Shown in pieces: positions 9,904 through 19,175 of a DNA stretch of 56,632 bases. Both the position numbers and the translations under genes were made by a program. The stretch's first letter is position 1, and each line of letters opens with the position of its first letter. The DNA comes from a virus (taxonomy: Duplodnaviria; Caudoviricetes), in the IMG/VR virus record IMGVR_UViG_3300005613_003813, positions 1-56,632 of that record. One strand, 5' to 3'. The notes under the pieces were generated by a model. That model was not told the origin of the DNA and searched no databases. It was given only the letters and a program-made list of their open reading frames with translations.

Positions 9904-10116
9904 TCAAAACCCGTTAGGGAAACCCCGTCTCCTAGAACCAAGATACTTCTCAAGCATCATCCCGGCAAGAAAAAACTTGGCACTGAGGAGCCTATCCTTA
10001 GCGCCCTTTGGCCAATTTTCTCTTTCGGCGCCCTTGTTACCAACCTGGGGATCAATCATTCTACAAACTTCCCTTACTAGATTACGGTATTCAGTTACCA
10101 CCCAAATCACCTCCAA
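9904..10116 (-). CDS. Hypothetical protein
   Basis: Co-oriented small ORF upstream of TerL; start uncertain. Confidence 0.4.
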   Translation of the reverse strand: MEVIWVVTEYRNLVREVCRMIDPQVGNKGAERENWPKGAKDRLLSAKFFLAGMMLEKYLGSRRRGFPNGF

Positions 10117-10121
10117 TCAAG

Positions 10122-10346
10122 TTATTTTTCGCCCCCTCCGCTGGGGGAACTTTTGTCCTTTTCGCCTGTGGGGAGGACTACTCCCCTTTCTGCTAAGAAG
10201 ACCTTAGCTCGTTTCTCGTAGGCAGCCCGTTCGGAACCGCCAAGTCGCCTGTAATTCTTCTTCAGACGCTCGTAGAATATCTCTACCCCACCAGGAGCGG
10301 CGGCCTTAGCCACTGCTCTCAACATCTTAGCCCTTTTTTGATTCAC
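10122..10346 (-). CDS. Hypothetical basic protein
   Basis: Co-oriented ORF overlapping the upstream ORF. Confidence 0.5.
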   Translation of the reverse strand: MNQKRAKMLRAVAKAAAPGGVEIFYERLKKNYRRLGGSERAAYEKRAKVFLAERGVVLPTGEKDKSSPSGGGEK

Positions 10347-10524
10347 GGCGCTTTATCCTCCTAGCAGTCTTTCTCCTATTCCTCATTATCTCTTGCTGAT
10401 TCCTTCTACGGACCCGACGGGACTCACTAGGAAACTGGCAGGTAAGATGGACATACCCACCCCCCGATCTAACAAGCGTGCCGCCAGGTTTTTTACATCT
10501 TTGACAAACGAAAATCTTAGTCAT
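10327..10524 (-). CDS. Small Zn-finger protein
   Basis: CQRC...HLTC motif and a basic tail. Confidence 0.5.
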   Translation of the reverse strand: MTKIFVCQRCKKPGGTLVRSGGGYVHLTCQFPSESRRVRRRNQQEIMRNRRKTARRIKRRESKKG

Positions 10525-10810
10525 CAGAGTTATTTTCTACCTACGGGGTCTGACATAAAACGACATTGGGTCGACCACGATAGAGTAGAAAGCACTATAC
10601 CCGCCTGGGAGACCAAAAACACAATCGGTGCCCCCCCCCATGTCAATGCTGGTGATACGTCGTAAATCATACCATTTACGCCGTCTACATCAGTATACTA
10701 CAAGATAATATCAAAATCTTATCCCACCCGTGAGCGGCCCGCACTTTGTGCTGTAGCTATCACATCGCATAATTCCGGTATTTTGTGATATAGGACAAGA
10801 AACTGCCATT

Positions 10811-11323
10811 TTATTTATGTTTTGTATGACTATCAGATGAACCCACAGGAATTACCGGCGGTTGCCAATTCTTAAATTCTATCTTCACTTCTTTTTCTGC
10901 CTGCTGTTTGACTGCCACCCGGGCCACCGGTTTGCCCGTCACTCTGTCTAGTATCGCCTCTGCGGTCTTCCGCTTTGTATCCGTCTTGCTATCCTTTAGA
11001 TCCTTCAGGAGAGTGTAGAGCGCTTGGGCGGCCTCTGGCGCGGCAATGGACAGGATAGTCAGACTACGCCGTTGGAGCTTGGGGTAGATCTTTTGGAGGA
11101 GTGGCTTCAGTCTCTTCTTCGTGCGCTTGGCCCGCTGTTGAGTAAACCCCACAACCTTTCCCGCTTCGGTGATGTTCTTGGTAGTCAATAGCGCCATTAC
11201 AAAATCAGTCTCTTCAGTGGATAGTTTGGCCTCAGTCAAGTCTCCAATTATCTCATCAACAACAACATCCGGAGAAGAAAGAGCGGCGGGGCCATGGTTA
11301 TTTTTGCTCATCTCGACAATCAA
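10811..11323 (-). CDS. Terminase small subunit-like protein
   Basis: N-terminal HTH-like NITEAGKVVG and C-terminal AEAILDRVTGKP; first gene of the late operon; start uncertain. Confidence 0.55.
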   Translation of the reverse strand: MIVEMSKNNHGPAALSSPDVVVDEIIGDLTEAKLSTEETDFVMALLTTKNITEAGKVVGFTQQRAKRTKKRLKPLLQKIYPKLQRRSLTILSIAAPEAAQALYTLLKDLKDSKTDTKRKTAEAILDRVTGKPVARVAVKQQAEKEVKIEFKNWQPPVIPVGSSDSHTKHK

Positions 11324-11558
11324 TGCGTAGTCAAACGCAATCCTCCAATCATTTTGGACCTACCTTTCACCCCAAGAATACCAAAAGAACTCGACAGACG
11401 CAAGCCCAGAGACGCTAGGAAACACCAGCTTCGAACCCACCAAGAGCCGCGGCGGTTACTCTTTTAACCCCAACGCCCACATTGCCGTCGTTCAAGCAAT
11501 CCCGAAACCCAAACCCTTTACCTACAACATCGCAAAAAAACTCGTCTCTTTTGACCCC

Positions 11559-11587
11559 TTGACAACTTGTCCGTTCCGTGGTATATT
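11559..11587 (+). promoter_or_regulatory. Strong sigma70 promoter for the early cassette
   Basis: TTGACA-17 nt-TATATT with TG extended -10; GACAA-C-TTGTC palindrome overlaps the -35. Confidence 0.8.
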
Positions 11588-11635
11588 CTCGTCAAACACT
11601 ACAGCAACAAGCAATGCGAGGAGGTGAACAAAAAA

Positions 11636-12113
11636 GTGACAATTCGGGAACTTAAAAAAGCGACTATCAAAACTTACAAAGACGGAGACCGCTCGCTTGG
11701 GGATTTATGGAGCGGTGAAGTCAGCGATTGCTTTGATAACATTCTTAACTACCGAGACACCACAGAAGTGGACAAGGACATTCTAGAGGAGATAAGAAGG
11801 GCAGAGGACACGCTTGGAGACATCGCCGACGGAATGGTCGACGTTTACTCGAGCTCCCTCCTTAAATGGTATAACGAAAATATAGCCCTTTCTTCCTATG
11901 CCGACGACGCTATCAAACTTCCTAGAGCTTGGAGCAGATACGCTCTTGAAAATCCTTTCCGGCGGGCAATATCGTTACTTCAACGAGGCACTTCATATAA
12001 CACTGGACGCAATCAAGGAAACAGTCGAAAATGAGGAACTGGCCGAGAAAGCAGAAGCACAAGAAGACGCGGAAATCAAAGAAGCTATGGACAAAGTAAA
12101 GAAAGGAAAATAG
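11636..12113 (+). CDS. Acidic Ocr-like (DNA-mimic) protein split by a +1 frameshift near 11915
   Basis: Frame A ...LGDIADGMVDVYSSSLLKWY...YADDAI joins frame B LELGADTLLKILSGGQY...; GGAGGTG SD before GTG at 11636. Confidence 0.5.
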
Positions 12114-12208
12114 TGGCGCTTGACCATGCTCCCTAAGTTGGGCAGGGCTTAGGGGGCAGGGCCAGACACCAAAAGGGGGAACTAAGCAATAAAGGGGGTG
12201 ATAAAAGA

Positions 12209-12358
12209 ATGAACAACAAACAAGAACATAAGAAACAGACCTATGAGGAACAAGTTGAGGAACTTGTCAAACAAAACCCAGATGTTCCGACGGAAATTTA
12301 CGATATCGAAGCAAGTCAAGAAGTAGTCGAGCAGTATCACGAAATGTTTGGATACTAA
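12209..12358 (+). CDS. Small acidic early protein (49 aa)
   Basis: Manual translation MNNKQEHKK...EMFGY with a GGGGGTGA SD. Confidence 0.6.
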   Translation: MNNKQEHKKQTYEEQVEELVKQNPDVPTEIYDIEASQEVVEQYHEMFGY

Positions 12359-12426
12359 CCCTCATTGGCTCCTGACTGGGCGGGTTTGTGTGGGAGCGCA
12401 AGCCCTCCCAGATGAGGAACTAAGCA

Positions 12427-12561
12427 ATGACTATCAAACAACGCAACCTATTAAGATTATACCGGAAACATCGGCGCGACGCTCTCGAGTGGCTTCTGGC
12501 GCTGGTGCTTGCTGGCCTAGTTGAGTGCTATTTTATCGACGGGGTGCTGGCGAGACTGTAA
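12427..12561 (+). CDS. Small membrane peptide (44 aa)
   Basis: Manual translation MTIKQRNLLRLYRKHRRDALEWLLALVLAGLVECYFIDGVLARL; GAGG SD. Confidence 0.5.
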   Translation: MTIKQRNLLRLYRKHRRDALEWLLALVLAGLVECYFIDGVLARL

Positions 12562-12575
12562 AGGAGGTGAACAAA

Positions 12576-12758
12576 ATGGACAAACCCAGGGAACACACAA
12601 AAGAGGATTATTTACGAGTTTACATAGAAGGAGAGGTGGGGCAGGTGCTGGAGAATTTAGAAGAACAACTTCGGAACCTCTACCCACCACACCACCACAA
12701 GCACATCGAGGTTTGGGGAAAGTATTGGGGGCTCTTTGAAAGTATAATAGAGGACTAG
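12576..12758 (+). CDS. Small early protein (60 aa)
   Basis: AAGGAGGTGA SD before MDKPRE. Confidence 0.65.
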   Translation: MDKPREHTKEDYLRVYIEGEVGQVLENLEEQLRNLYPPHHHKHIEVWGKYWGLFESIIED

Positions 12759-13140
12759 GCGCTTTACCTTGCCGCTTTAGATAAGCGCATAAGGCGGCAA
12801 GGTAAGATACTTAGCAAACTACACGGACAAACAAACGAAAGGGGGTGAAATGACACAAACAAACTTTCTACACTACGGAGCAGGATACACGGAAATGGAA
12901 ACGCTTAACCAAAAACTTGAACGGGCGCAGGCCCAATGGGAAACCAAGGGGGACTAAAGCTCGCTGATGTGAGGGACGACCAGTGGGAAGATATTGCCCA
13001 CTATACCCAAAGAGGACTAGAGGGATTTATGGACGGCTGGGATATTATTATCACCAGCGCCGTTGAGCTGGCACTGGGACACACCCCCGCTAGCGGTAGA
13101 CTAGATTGAAGGGCTTATGCCCAAAAGGAGGTGAATAGAA

Positions 13141-13332
13141 ATGGACTATATGATTACAGGAGAATACCCACGAGACGAGCAATACAACGAGTTTCGCGAT
13201 GATGTTAAGGTGCTAAAGTTTTGCTCCTCACTAGAGGAGGCAAAGAAAGCATTTAGAAACTTCGATGAACAGAAATTTGAGCTACTTAAAATTCGCAGTT
13301 TTGAGGACGTGTATTTTCAACGGGTCGGTTGA
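13141..13332 (+). CDS. Small early protein (63 aa)
   Basis: AAGGAGGTGA SD before MDYMIT. Confidence 0.65.
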   Translation: MDYMITGEYPRDEQYNEFRDDVKVLKFCSSLEEAKKAFRNFDEQKFELLKIRSFEDVYFQRVG

Positions 13333-13451
13333 GGATGTGAATATCCACTAGCGCCTGTTAGGGCCGTCGAGATTTTTCCACTTGCTCGACGGTCTTAAAC
13401 AGCTACTAGCAAGCCGTTTTCATATACGCACAAACCGAAGGGGGGGCAGAA

Positions 13452-13727
13452 ATGGATACTGAACAAGAAAGAGACAAATTCACTTTCGGGATTAAAAGGA
13501 TACCGTTCAACGCCGAGATGAGGAAAGCAAGAGAACGAAAGAGGTTGACACAAGGGGACTTAGCAAACCTAATTGGAATTCCTGAACAATATATTAGCCT
13601 AATCGAAAGGGTAAGACGGTGGCCCGGCGAAACCACCGCACACCAGAGAATAAGGCAAATTGAGACGAGGGCATTACGAAAATTAAGACACCCATCAAGG
13701 GCTAAGAAGTTGGAACCGTTTCTATAG
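13452..13727 (+). CDS. XRE-type HTH fused to a sigma70 region-4.2 C-terminal tail
   Basis: [31 protein letters not shown] (XRE), then [27 protein letters not shown] (RpoD-like C-terminus). Confidence 0.8.
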   Translation: [91 protein letters not shown]

Positions 13728-13734
13728 GAGGAGG

Positions 13735-13800
13735 GCGCTTCTTAGGGCTACCCTTTGACAGACGCACAAGGGTAGCCCCAAAGAGGTGCTATTTTGTTTC
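13735..13800. terminator. Long hairpin between convergent transcription units
   Basis: GGGCTACCCTT...AAGGGTAGCCC stem followed by a T-rich tract. Confidence 0.5.
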
Positions 13801-13831
13801 CCCAGTTACGACACACACAAACTTCACAAAC

Positions 13832-14206
13832 TCACTTTTTCTTTTTCTTCTTAGACTTGGCCGGCGCTGGCTCCTTTTCCTCTTTCTTCTCCGGTTCCTC
13901 TACTTTCTCCGGTGCCACGGGCTTCTTCGCAGGAATACCGGTACCGACTACCTCTACCCCCTCCGGAGACTTCCGCGCCATGGCCGTCGGAACCTCAACG
14001 TCTGAGACCTCAAGCACCCGACGATCGAAGTCAATTCGGGTTATCTCGCGGTTCATCGGAACTTTGTTGACCACAAAGAGCTGGTTACAGTAGAACCGGT
14101 AGCTAAGGTTGGCGTCTTCCCAGTCACGCTTCTTAACATCCACCCGGCCCAGCTTCATCGCTAGCTCATGGGCCTCCTCGTTACTTAACTTAATAATTGT
14201 TGGCAT
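13832..14206 (-). CDS. Hypothetical protein with Lys/Glu/Pro-rich tail
   Basis: GGGGGTGA SD; 124 aa. Confidence 0.6.
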   Translation of the reverse strand: MPTIIKLSNEEAHELAMKLGRVDVKKRDWEDANLSYRFYCNQLFVVNKVPMNREITRIDFDRRVLEVSDVEVPTAMARKSPEGVEVVGTGIPAKKPVAPEKVEEPEKKEEKEPAPAKSKKKKKK

Positions 14207-14221
14207 TTAAATCACCCCCTC

Positions 14222-14443
14222 TTACCTCCCCGCCATCTTTTCCTTTAGAACTACTGCCGATGTCGCCCCAGCCTGTATCTTGGCTACACTATCTTGGGCA
14301 TCCTCGAAACATCTTTGACTGCAGTAGAACCCCCCCACTGGTGGGTCGCCGGCCTCGAGTTTCTTGATAAAGAAACCTTGTCGGGTCGCTCGATTACAAA
14401 CACAACACCGACGTTGGGTACCATCATTGCCAATACGATACAT
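14222..14443 (-). CDS. Small Zn-binding protein (TRASH-like)
   Basis: CCVC...YCSQRC; GGAGGTG SD. Confidence 0.6.
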   Translation of the reverse strand: MYRIGNDGTQRRCCVCNRATRQGFFIKKLEAGDPPVGGFYCSQRCFEDAQDSVAKIQAGATSAVVLKEKMAGR

Positions 14444-14457
14444 AAACTAACACCTCC

Positions 14458-14682
14458 CTACTCATTCTCCTCATCAAACCGCTCCGCCCCCTCACGGATA
14501 ACTTCGGCAAGAAACAATTTACCAAACTTCATTCCCTCCTTATTCGCCATAAAACTCTTCGCCAACTTTTCCGGAGTCAGTCCGGCGGCGCGGGCCGTCG
14601 CCATCAACAAAGCGAGGAGCATATCCGGATGCAACGCTAACTCCGGAGTGCCTATACCCATCGAAGAAATACCTGCTTTCAT
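14458..14682 (-). CDS. Hypothetical protein
   Basis: GGAGGTGA SD; 74 aa. Confidence 0.55.
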   Translation of the reverse strand: MKAGISSMGIGTPELALHPDMLLALLMATARAAGLTPEKLAKSFMANKEGMKFGKLFLAEVIREGAERFDEENE

Positions 14683-14699
14683 TCTCTATCACCTCCTCT

Positions 14700-15755
14700 T
14701 TATGTCAACCTTTCCAAAAACGCCTCAATCTCCTTCTGCTCTTTATCAAAGTTTACCACACTCCTGAACCTATCATAGGCATTCCGGCACACCTCTCTAT
14801 GAAGCTCCGGCTCAGCAAACCTTCTAATTCGCTTGATATTTTCCTTCAAACTTCGCCCGTCCATATCAATACAGGTCTTCCCATCTTCCATTAACTGACC
14901 GGCTAATTTGTCCCGATATTGACTAGACCGGATTATTGGCGGGCGACCAACGGCAAACCAGTTATGGATAATGTGACCAAACCCATCGCCCCCCGCCTTC
15001 AAATGAAAACCGAAGGCACTTTTCTGCATCTTCTTAGCCACATTCTCCCACCCATTAACCGGACCATCGTCGCACGCCGTCCCGAAACTCTTGAACTCAA
15101 ACTCCGGCAGGGCTTTCTTCAACTTTTTGTATATCTCATAATCCTCGGGGCGCTTCGAAAGCAGGTGAACAAAGCTATAAACCCCCTTACCATCCACAGA
15201 GGGCACATATTTAAAAGTGTCAAGGTCGAACTCTTGGTGGTAGAACACCACATTGACCCCTTTTGGCACCTCAACGGGCAAAGTGCTAGACATAATGTTT
15301 TTGGCTAATTTAAAATCAATTGGACCAAAGTCGTTCCCAATCTGGTAGATCAGTTTAGCAGTTGGTTGATACTCCTTGATAAGCCTGGTGTACGGCTCGA
15401 GGTGCTGGGGAATTGAGGCGATGATAATGTCAAACTTTGTACTCTTAAACTGCTCTAGGGTTACGGCTTTCTGATCTTTCCCAGGAGCTTTGATCGACCA
15501 GTAACCATCCTTGACGGCCTTTACCTCATTCAGTGGGGGGCTACCATCCTCCGGCATATACGTCTCACCCCGTATCCCTAGAAACTGGGTGACCGTCCCC
15601 GGATAATTTCCATAGGGCTCCGCGACCTTCCAATAGCCCCGGTCGAACCACTCTTCTCCAATCGGGCGGTACAGCTCCCACCCCAACCGCTTCTCAAACA
15701 GAAGCTGGAGCGAGTAGTACAGGGCGTTGTGGTGCAGATCGCTAAAGATCTTCAC
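14700..15755 (-). CDS. GT-B fold glycosyltransferase-like protein
   Basis: C-terminal HLKAGGDGFGHIIHNWFAVGRPPI resembles the GT4 E-x7-E region; 351 aa, inside the glycan cluster. Confidence 0.65.
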   Translation of the reverse strand: MKIFSDLHHNALYYSLQLLFEKRLGWELYRPIGEEWFDRGYWKVAEPYGNYPGTVTQFLGIRGETYMPEDGSPPLNEVKAVKDGYWSIKAPGKDQKAVTLEQFKSTKFDIIIASIPQHLEPYTRLIKEYQPTAKLIYQIGNDFGPIDFKLAKNIMSSTLPVEVPKGVNVVFYHQEFDLDTFKYVPSVDGKGVYSFVHLLSKRPEDYEIYKKLKKALPEFEFKSFGTACDDGPVNGWENVAKKMQKSAFGFHLKAGGDGFGHIIHNWFAVGRPPIIRSSQYRDKLAGQLMEDGKTCIDMDGRSLKENIKRIRRFAEPELHREVCRNAYDRFRSVVNFDKEQKEIEAFLERLT

Positions 15756-16528
15756 AGCACCGACTTCCCCACATACCCAATCAGCCGTTGGGCCTTCTTA
15801 ACCGAAAACAACGGTTCCGTTGAAGACTCCAGGCGCACTTCCGCATCCGGATGCACCTTTTTTAACCAAGCAATCGTATCCGGACAATACTTATTCGTTG
15901 TTGGGTCGCCAATGTTAAACACATCTGAGGGACCCTCGTACTCCGCCAACTTCTGCATAAACTCAATGAAGTTCTCCCTCGATACATGGGCAAAGAAGTG
16001 GGTCGGATCCAGCGGGGCCCCCGTCTCGAGCGCAATCGGGCCCTCCAGTCGGAAACAATATGCCTTAATGTCCTTCTGCCCCAGCAGATAGTCCTCGCAG
16101 GCCAACTTCGTCTTGCCGTAGACGGTAAGAAACTTATCAGGCGAACGGGGATAGTCCTCATCTATTGGGTAATACCCAAGATTAAAGGGCCTCCCCCCAA
16201 GTTCGATTCCGTAGGCCGCCCCCGAAGAAGAGAAAAGTATCTTCTTCACTCCAGCCAACCGCATACAACCAACAACGTGTACCAGCCCCCCAAGATTTAA
16301 CCTCATAAAATCTACATCAGATACGCCCTCAATTGGTCGCGGGTAAGCGGCAAGGTGGACAACCACATCCTTGCCCCGCATCCTTTCGACCAGCCGCGCG
16401 GTATCCCAAATGTCATCCTCGGTTGGCGCAAAAAAGTCATCAACCACATCGTAGGCATCAGACTCAAATGCTGGTCGGATTATTTTTCCCATCGCCCCAG
16501 CTCCGCCGGTAATTAGTGCTTTAACCAT
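15752..16528 (-). CDS. NAD-dependent nucleotide-sugar epimerase/dehydratase (extended SDR)
   Basis: ITGGAGAMG, VVHLAA, FSSSGAAYG, YGKTK. Confidence 0.9.
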   Translation of the reverse strand: MVKALITGGAGAMGKIIRPAFESDAYDVVDDFFAPTEDDIWDTARLVERMRGKDVVVHLAAYPRPIEGVSDVDFMRLNLGGLVHVVGCMRLAGVKKILFSSSGAAYGIELGGRPFNLGYYPIDEDYPRSPDKFLTVYGKTKLACEDYLLGQKDIKAYCFRLEGPIALETGAPLDPTHFFAHVSRENFIEFMQKLAEYEGPSDVFNIGDPTTNKYCPDTIAWLKKVHPDAEVRLESSTEPLFSVKKAQRLIGYVGKSVL

Positions 16529-18423
16529 TTCTTAATTAACACCTCCCATCGCTCCCTCTGTTTCTTGTACAACTCAAAGTAGGGATCATCCTCTTCCCCT
16601 TTCCAAAAGCCCTCGTTGAGACCGATCCCCCTGGCCTCCTTGACCAAGTTTTTATAGACATTGCTAGCACGCTCGTGCTTAACCGAAGCATAGCCGGTAA
16701 CGACCGCCCATCCTTTTTGGTCGATAATTCGTTTACTGACTATCCCCAACCAAATATCGGCGAACCTGTCCAGCCCTACTTTCTTTCCCATTGGCGCCCA
16801 ATACATATAAGGTAGCATCTTCCGCTTGAACGCCACGTTCATTCCGCAGTTGTGCACAACGAATCCCTCTGCCAAATAGGTACTATCAGTATCCACAGTT
16901 AAATCGTAAACATCTCCGGTATACTCGATCTTCTCAACACTACCCACCCCCACCTCCACGAAATCGGGGACACTTTTGTAAATGTGACTAGTTTTCTTCT
17001 TTTGTTGCTCCCACTCCATTTTACTATCCAAAATCTCCTTAGCAAAACTGGCGGCGTTCTCTCCATACAAAGTAACCTTGTACTGGGGATATTTTCTATT
17101 CCGCGCAGAATACTCTGTCAACCCACAATAAAAACCCAAACCAGTTACTAACAGTCGCACCTGTTCTGCCAACCCCTTACTAATCGTATGATAGCTTACA
17201 ATAGGGCGGCCCCTATTACTGCCAATATACCCATCCCCATCAAAAAGCCCCTGTAAAAGTTTTTGGATATTTCTACTACGCAAAACCTCCTCGGGAATAG
17301 TTTTCCCCCAAGCGTACTCTCCAACAAGTTCGTAAAAATACTTTGCTATCTCAACTCCGTATATTTCGTACCTAACACTATTTCCTACTACATACTTCGC
17401 AGGAACCTTGTTGTACTTTCCTCTGAAATAATCCTCTACTCTCCTACCAAATGTATCTTGCTCATTTGCCGCCAAACTGAAAGTAACACCATTTACCTTA
17501 TGAGAATTGGCCATATTTTTGTTTTTAGAGAAGCTCCCCTCCGCTATAAATAAACCAAGAATGTACATATCCTCATTTGATAAAGGCGACTGCCCACTAA
17601 ATGCAAGTTTGGGCAAGCGCAGACGGTCATCAGGAGATAAATCCCCACAACGCTTCCAACCAGCCGCAGTCAAAAACTCGTGGTCGGGGGTAGAGAACAA
17701 ATCAACCCCGCTACGCAAACTAACTCTCAAATGCTTGCCCTCAGAACTTCTTTTTATTTTCCTAAGCACCCTCCTCGTTTCCCCATTACCCGAGGTAACT
17801 AAATCTCCAACCACAATATCCTCTATCTTCCTCATCTCCCCGTTACCCATAACGACCTCGGTACCTGGAAGAAAACACATCGGGTAGTAGGTCCCCCTAG
17901 GAACGGGACCTCTGTAGAACTCAACATCAGGGTTGCCCTTAACAAGTTGGGTCGGAGCGTCGTAATCAGGAACCCCATACCAAACCCCGTGGGAAAGCAC
18001 CACCTCCGCCTCTTCCCGTATCTCATAGGGAAATCCCCGCATATACTCGTCGGCCGTTGACAACCACCTAATCGGCACATGCTGACGGAGTGCCTTAATG
18101 TGCTGGTCAATCGTATCGAACTTCGGAATGAGATCGTCGTCAAGAGTGATAATATACTCCACATCTGGTAGGTTTTTGGCAACATAAGCAAATCCCAAAT
18201 TCCTCACCCCGTCGTTGAAGTTGTAGATAAGATCGCTATCCATCCCCATTATATCCTCAACCGAGTTGTCAACACCGTTGTAAGTCAGCACAGGTTCTTC
18301 GCCATCCTCAACTACCACGAACGCCACCTCGTGAAGATTAAACAACCTCTGCCATGCCGGAATAAACTTTTCCTCTAGAAGATCGGGTCTAATCGTCGGA
18401 ACCACTACTGCGATGTTCGTCAC
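16513..18423 (-). CDS. RGP / UDP-arabinopyranose mutase-like (GT75) protein containing an intein
   Basis: ITLDDD, RGFPY, SHGVW..VPDYDAPTQLVK, PM|CGMNVAF, RFADIW match plant RGP signature motifs; start refined to GTG at 18423. Confidence 0.85.
   Translation of the reverse strand: MTNIAVVVPTIRPDLLEEKFIPAWQRLFNLHEVAFVVVEDGEEPVLTYNGVDNSVEDIMGMDSDLIYNFNDGVRNLGFAYVAKNLPDVEYIITLDDDLIPKFDTIDQHIKALRQHVPIRWLSTADEYMRGFPYEIREEAEVVLSHGVWYGVPDYDAPTQLVKGNPDVEFYRGPVPRGTYYPMCFLPGTEVVMGNGEMRKIEDIVVGDLVTSGNGETRRVLRKIKRSSEGKHLRVSLRSGVDLFSTPDHEFLTAAGWKRCGDLSPDDRLRLPKLAFSGQSPLSNEDMYILGLFIAEGSFSKNKNMANSHKVNGVTFSLAANEQDTFGRRVEDYFRGKYNKVPAKYVVGNSVRYEIYGVEIAKYFYELVGEYAWGKTIPEEVLRSRNIQKLLQGLFDGDGYIGSNRGRPIVSYHTISKGLAEQVRLLVTGLGFYCGLTEYSARNRKYPQYKVTLYGENAASFAKEILDSKMEWEQQKKKTSHIYKSVPDFVEVGVGSVEKIEYTGDVYDLTVDTDSTYLAEGFVVHNCGMNVAFKRKMLPYMYWAPMGKKVGLDRFADIWLGIVSKRIIDQKGWAVVTGYASVKHERASNVYKNLVKEARGIGLNEGFWKGEEDDPYFELYKKQRERWEVLIKKWLKH
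16849..17877 (-). mobile_element. Class 1 intein with LAGLIDADG endonuclease, 343 aa
   Basis: Starts CFLPGT and ends VHN before Cys+1; TPDH block B; LGLFIAEG and GLFDGDG motifs. Confidence 0.93.
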
Positions 18424-19175
18424 TTCTTCTCCTCCAATGGAGTAATTTTGTCCTCCTCCCGTTCCCACCACTTCATATCTATTGCCGGATCGCCGAAGGG
18501 CATAAGAAACTTCTCTTGTGTGTGTACCCCACCCCACTTCCTCCGGTAGTAGTCGTCGATGTGGGCCACATTATTTTGATAGTGCCGCATCAGCCGGGGG
18601 TCCTTAGTTACCCCGCCCGCCGTCGGGTGTGAGTGCCGGTTAAGTTCAATCCGTCTCCGCTCTAGTCCCAACAGTCCCATCCGGTAGCCGTGGTCGCAGT
18701 CTTCGTAAGAGTAAGGAACAATGTTTTCATCAAAAAGCCCCATCCTTTCTACACACCGGCGCATTACCGCAAAACAGTGCATATCCGTCTGGTGCTCAAT
18801 ACTCGGTGCCCAGTAGTAGTACCCCGGCTCCTCAGCCTCTGTGTTCTCGACCGCTTTAACCATTTCCTCAACCGACTCGTTGAAGATACAAGAGGGACTA
18901 AGGATTACCACATAATCAAGACCCTCTCGCATAGGTGAATCCCACTTATGATCGCGTCCCGCAAGCGCTATGTTAAAGTAGGCGGCGGCTCCTGGATTGG
19001 TCGGGTCGTGAATATACTCCGCGCCCTCCTTTTCTAATTCCTTAGCAAAAGCATCAACTTCAGGATTATCGAACCCGTTAAAAACAATCAGTTTGGATTT
19101 ATCGGGGATCTGGGCGGCCAACTGCTTGAATTCCTCAACCTGCGCCAAGACCCCTATTGCTATTTTGTAGTTCAT
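18420..19175 (-). CDS. GT2-like glycosyltransferase
   Basis: NPGAAAYFN, MGLFDEN...YEDCDH..RM, YYRRKWG. Confidence 0.75.
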   Translation of the reverse strand: MNYKIAIGVLAQVEEFKQLAAQIPDKSKLIVFNGFDNPEVDAFAKELEKEGAEYIHDPTNPGAAAYFNIALAGRDHKWDSPMREGLDYVVILSPSCIFNESVEEMVKAVENTEAEEPGYYYWAPSIEHQTDMHCFAVMRRCVERMGLFDENIVPYSYEDCDHGYRMGLLGLERRRIELNRHSHPTAGGVTKDPRLMRHYQNNVAHIDDYYRRKWGGVHTQEKFLMPFGDPAIDMKWWEREEDKITPLEEKK

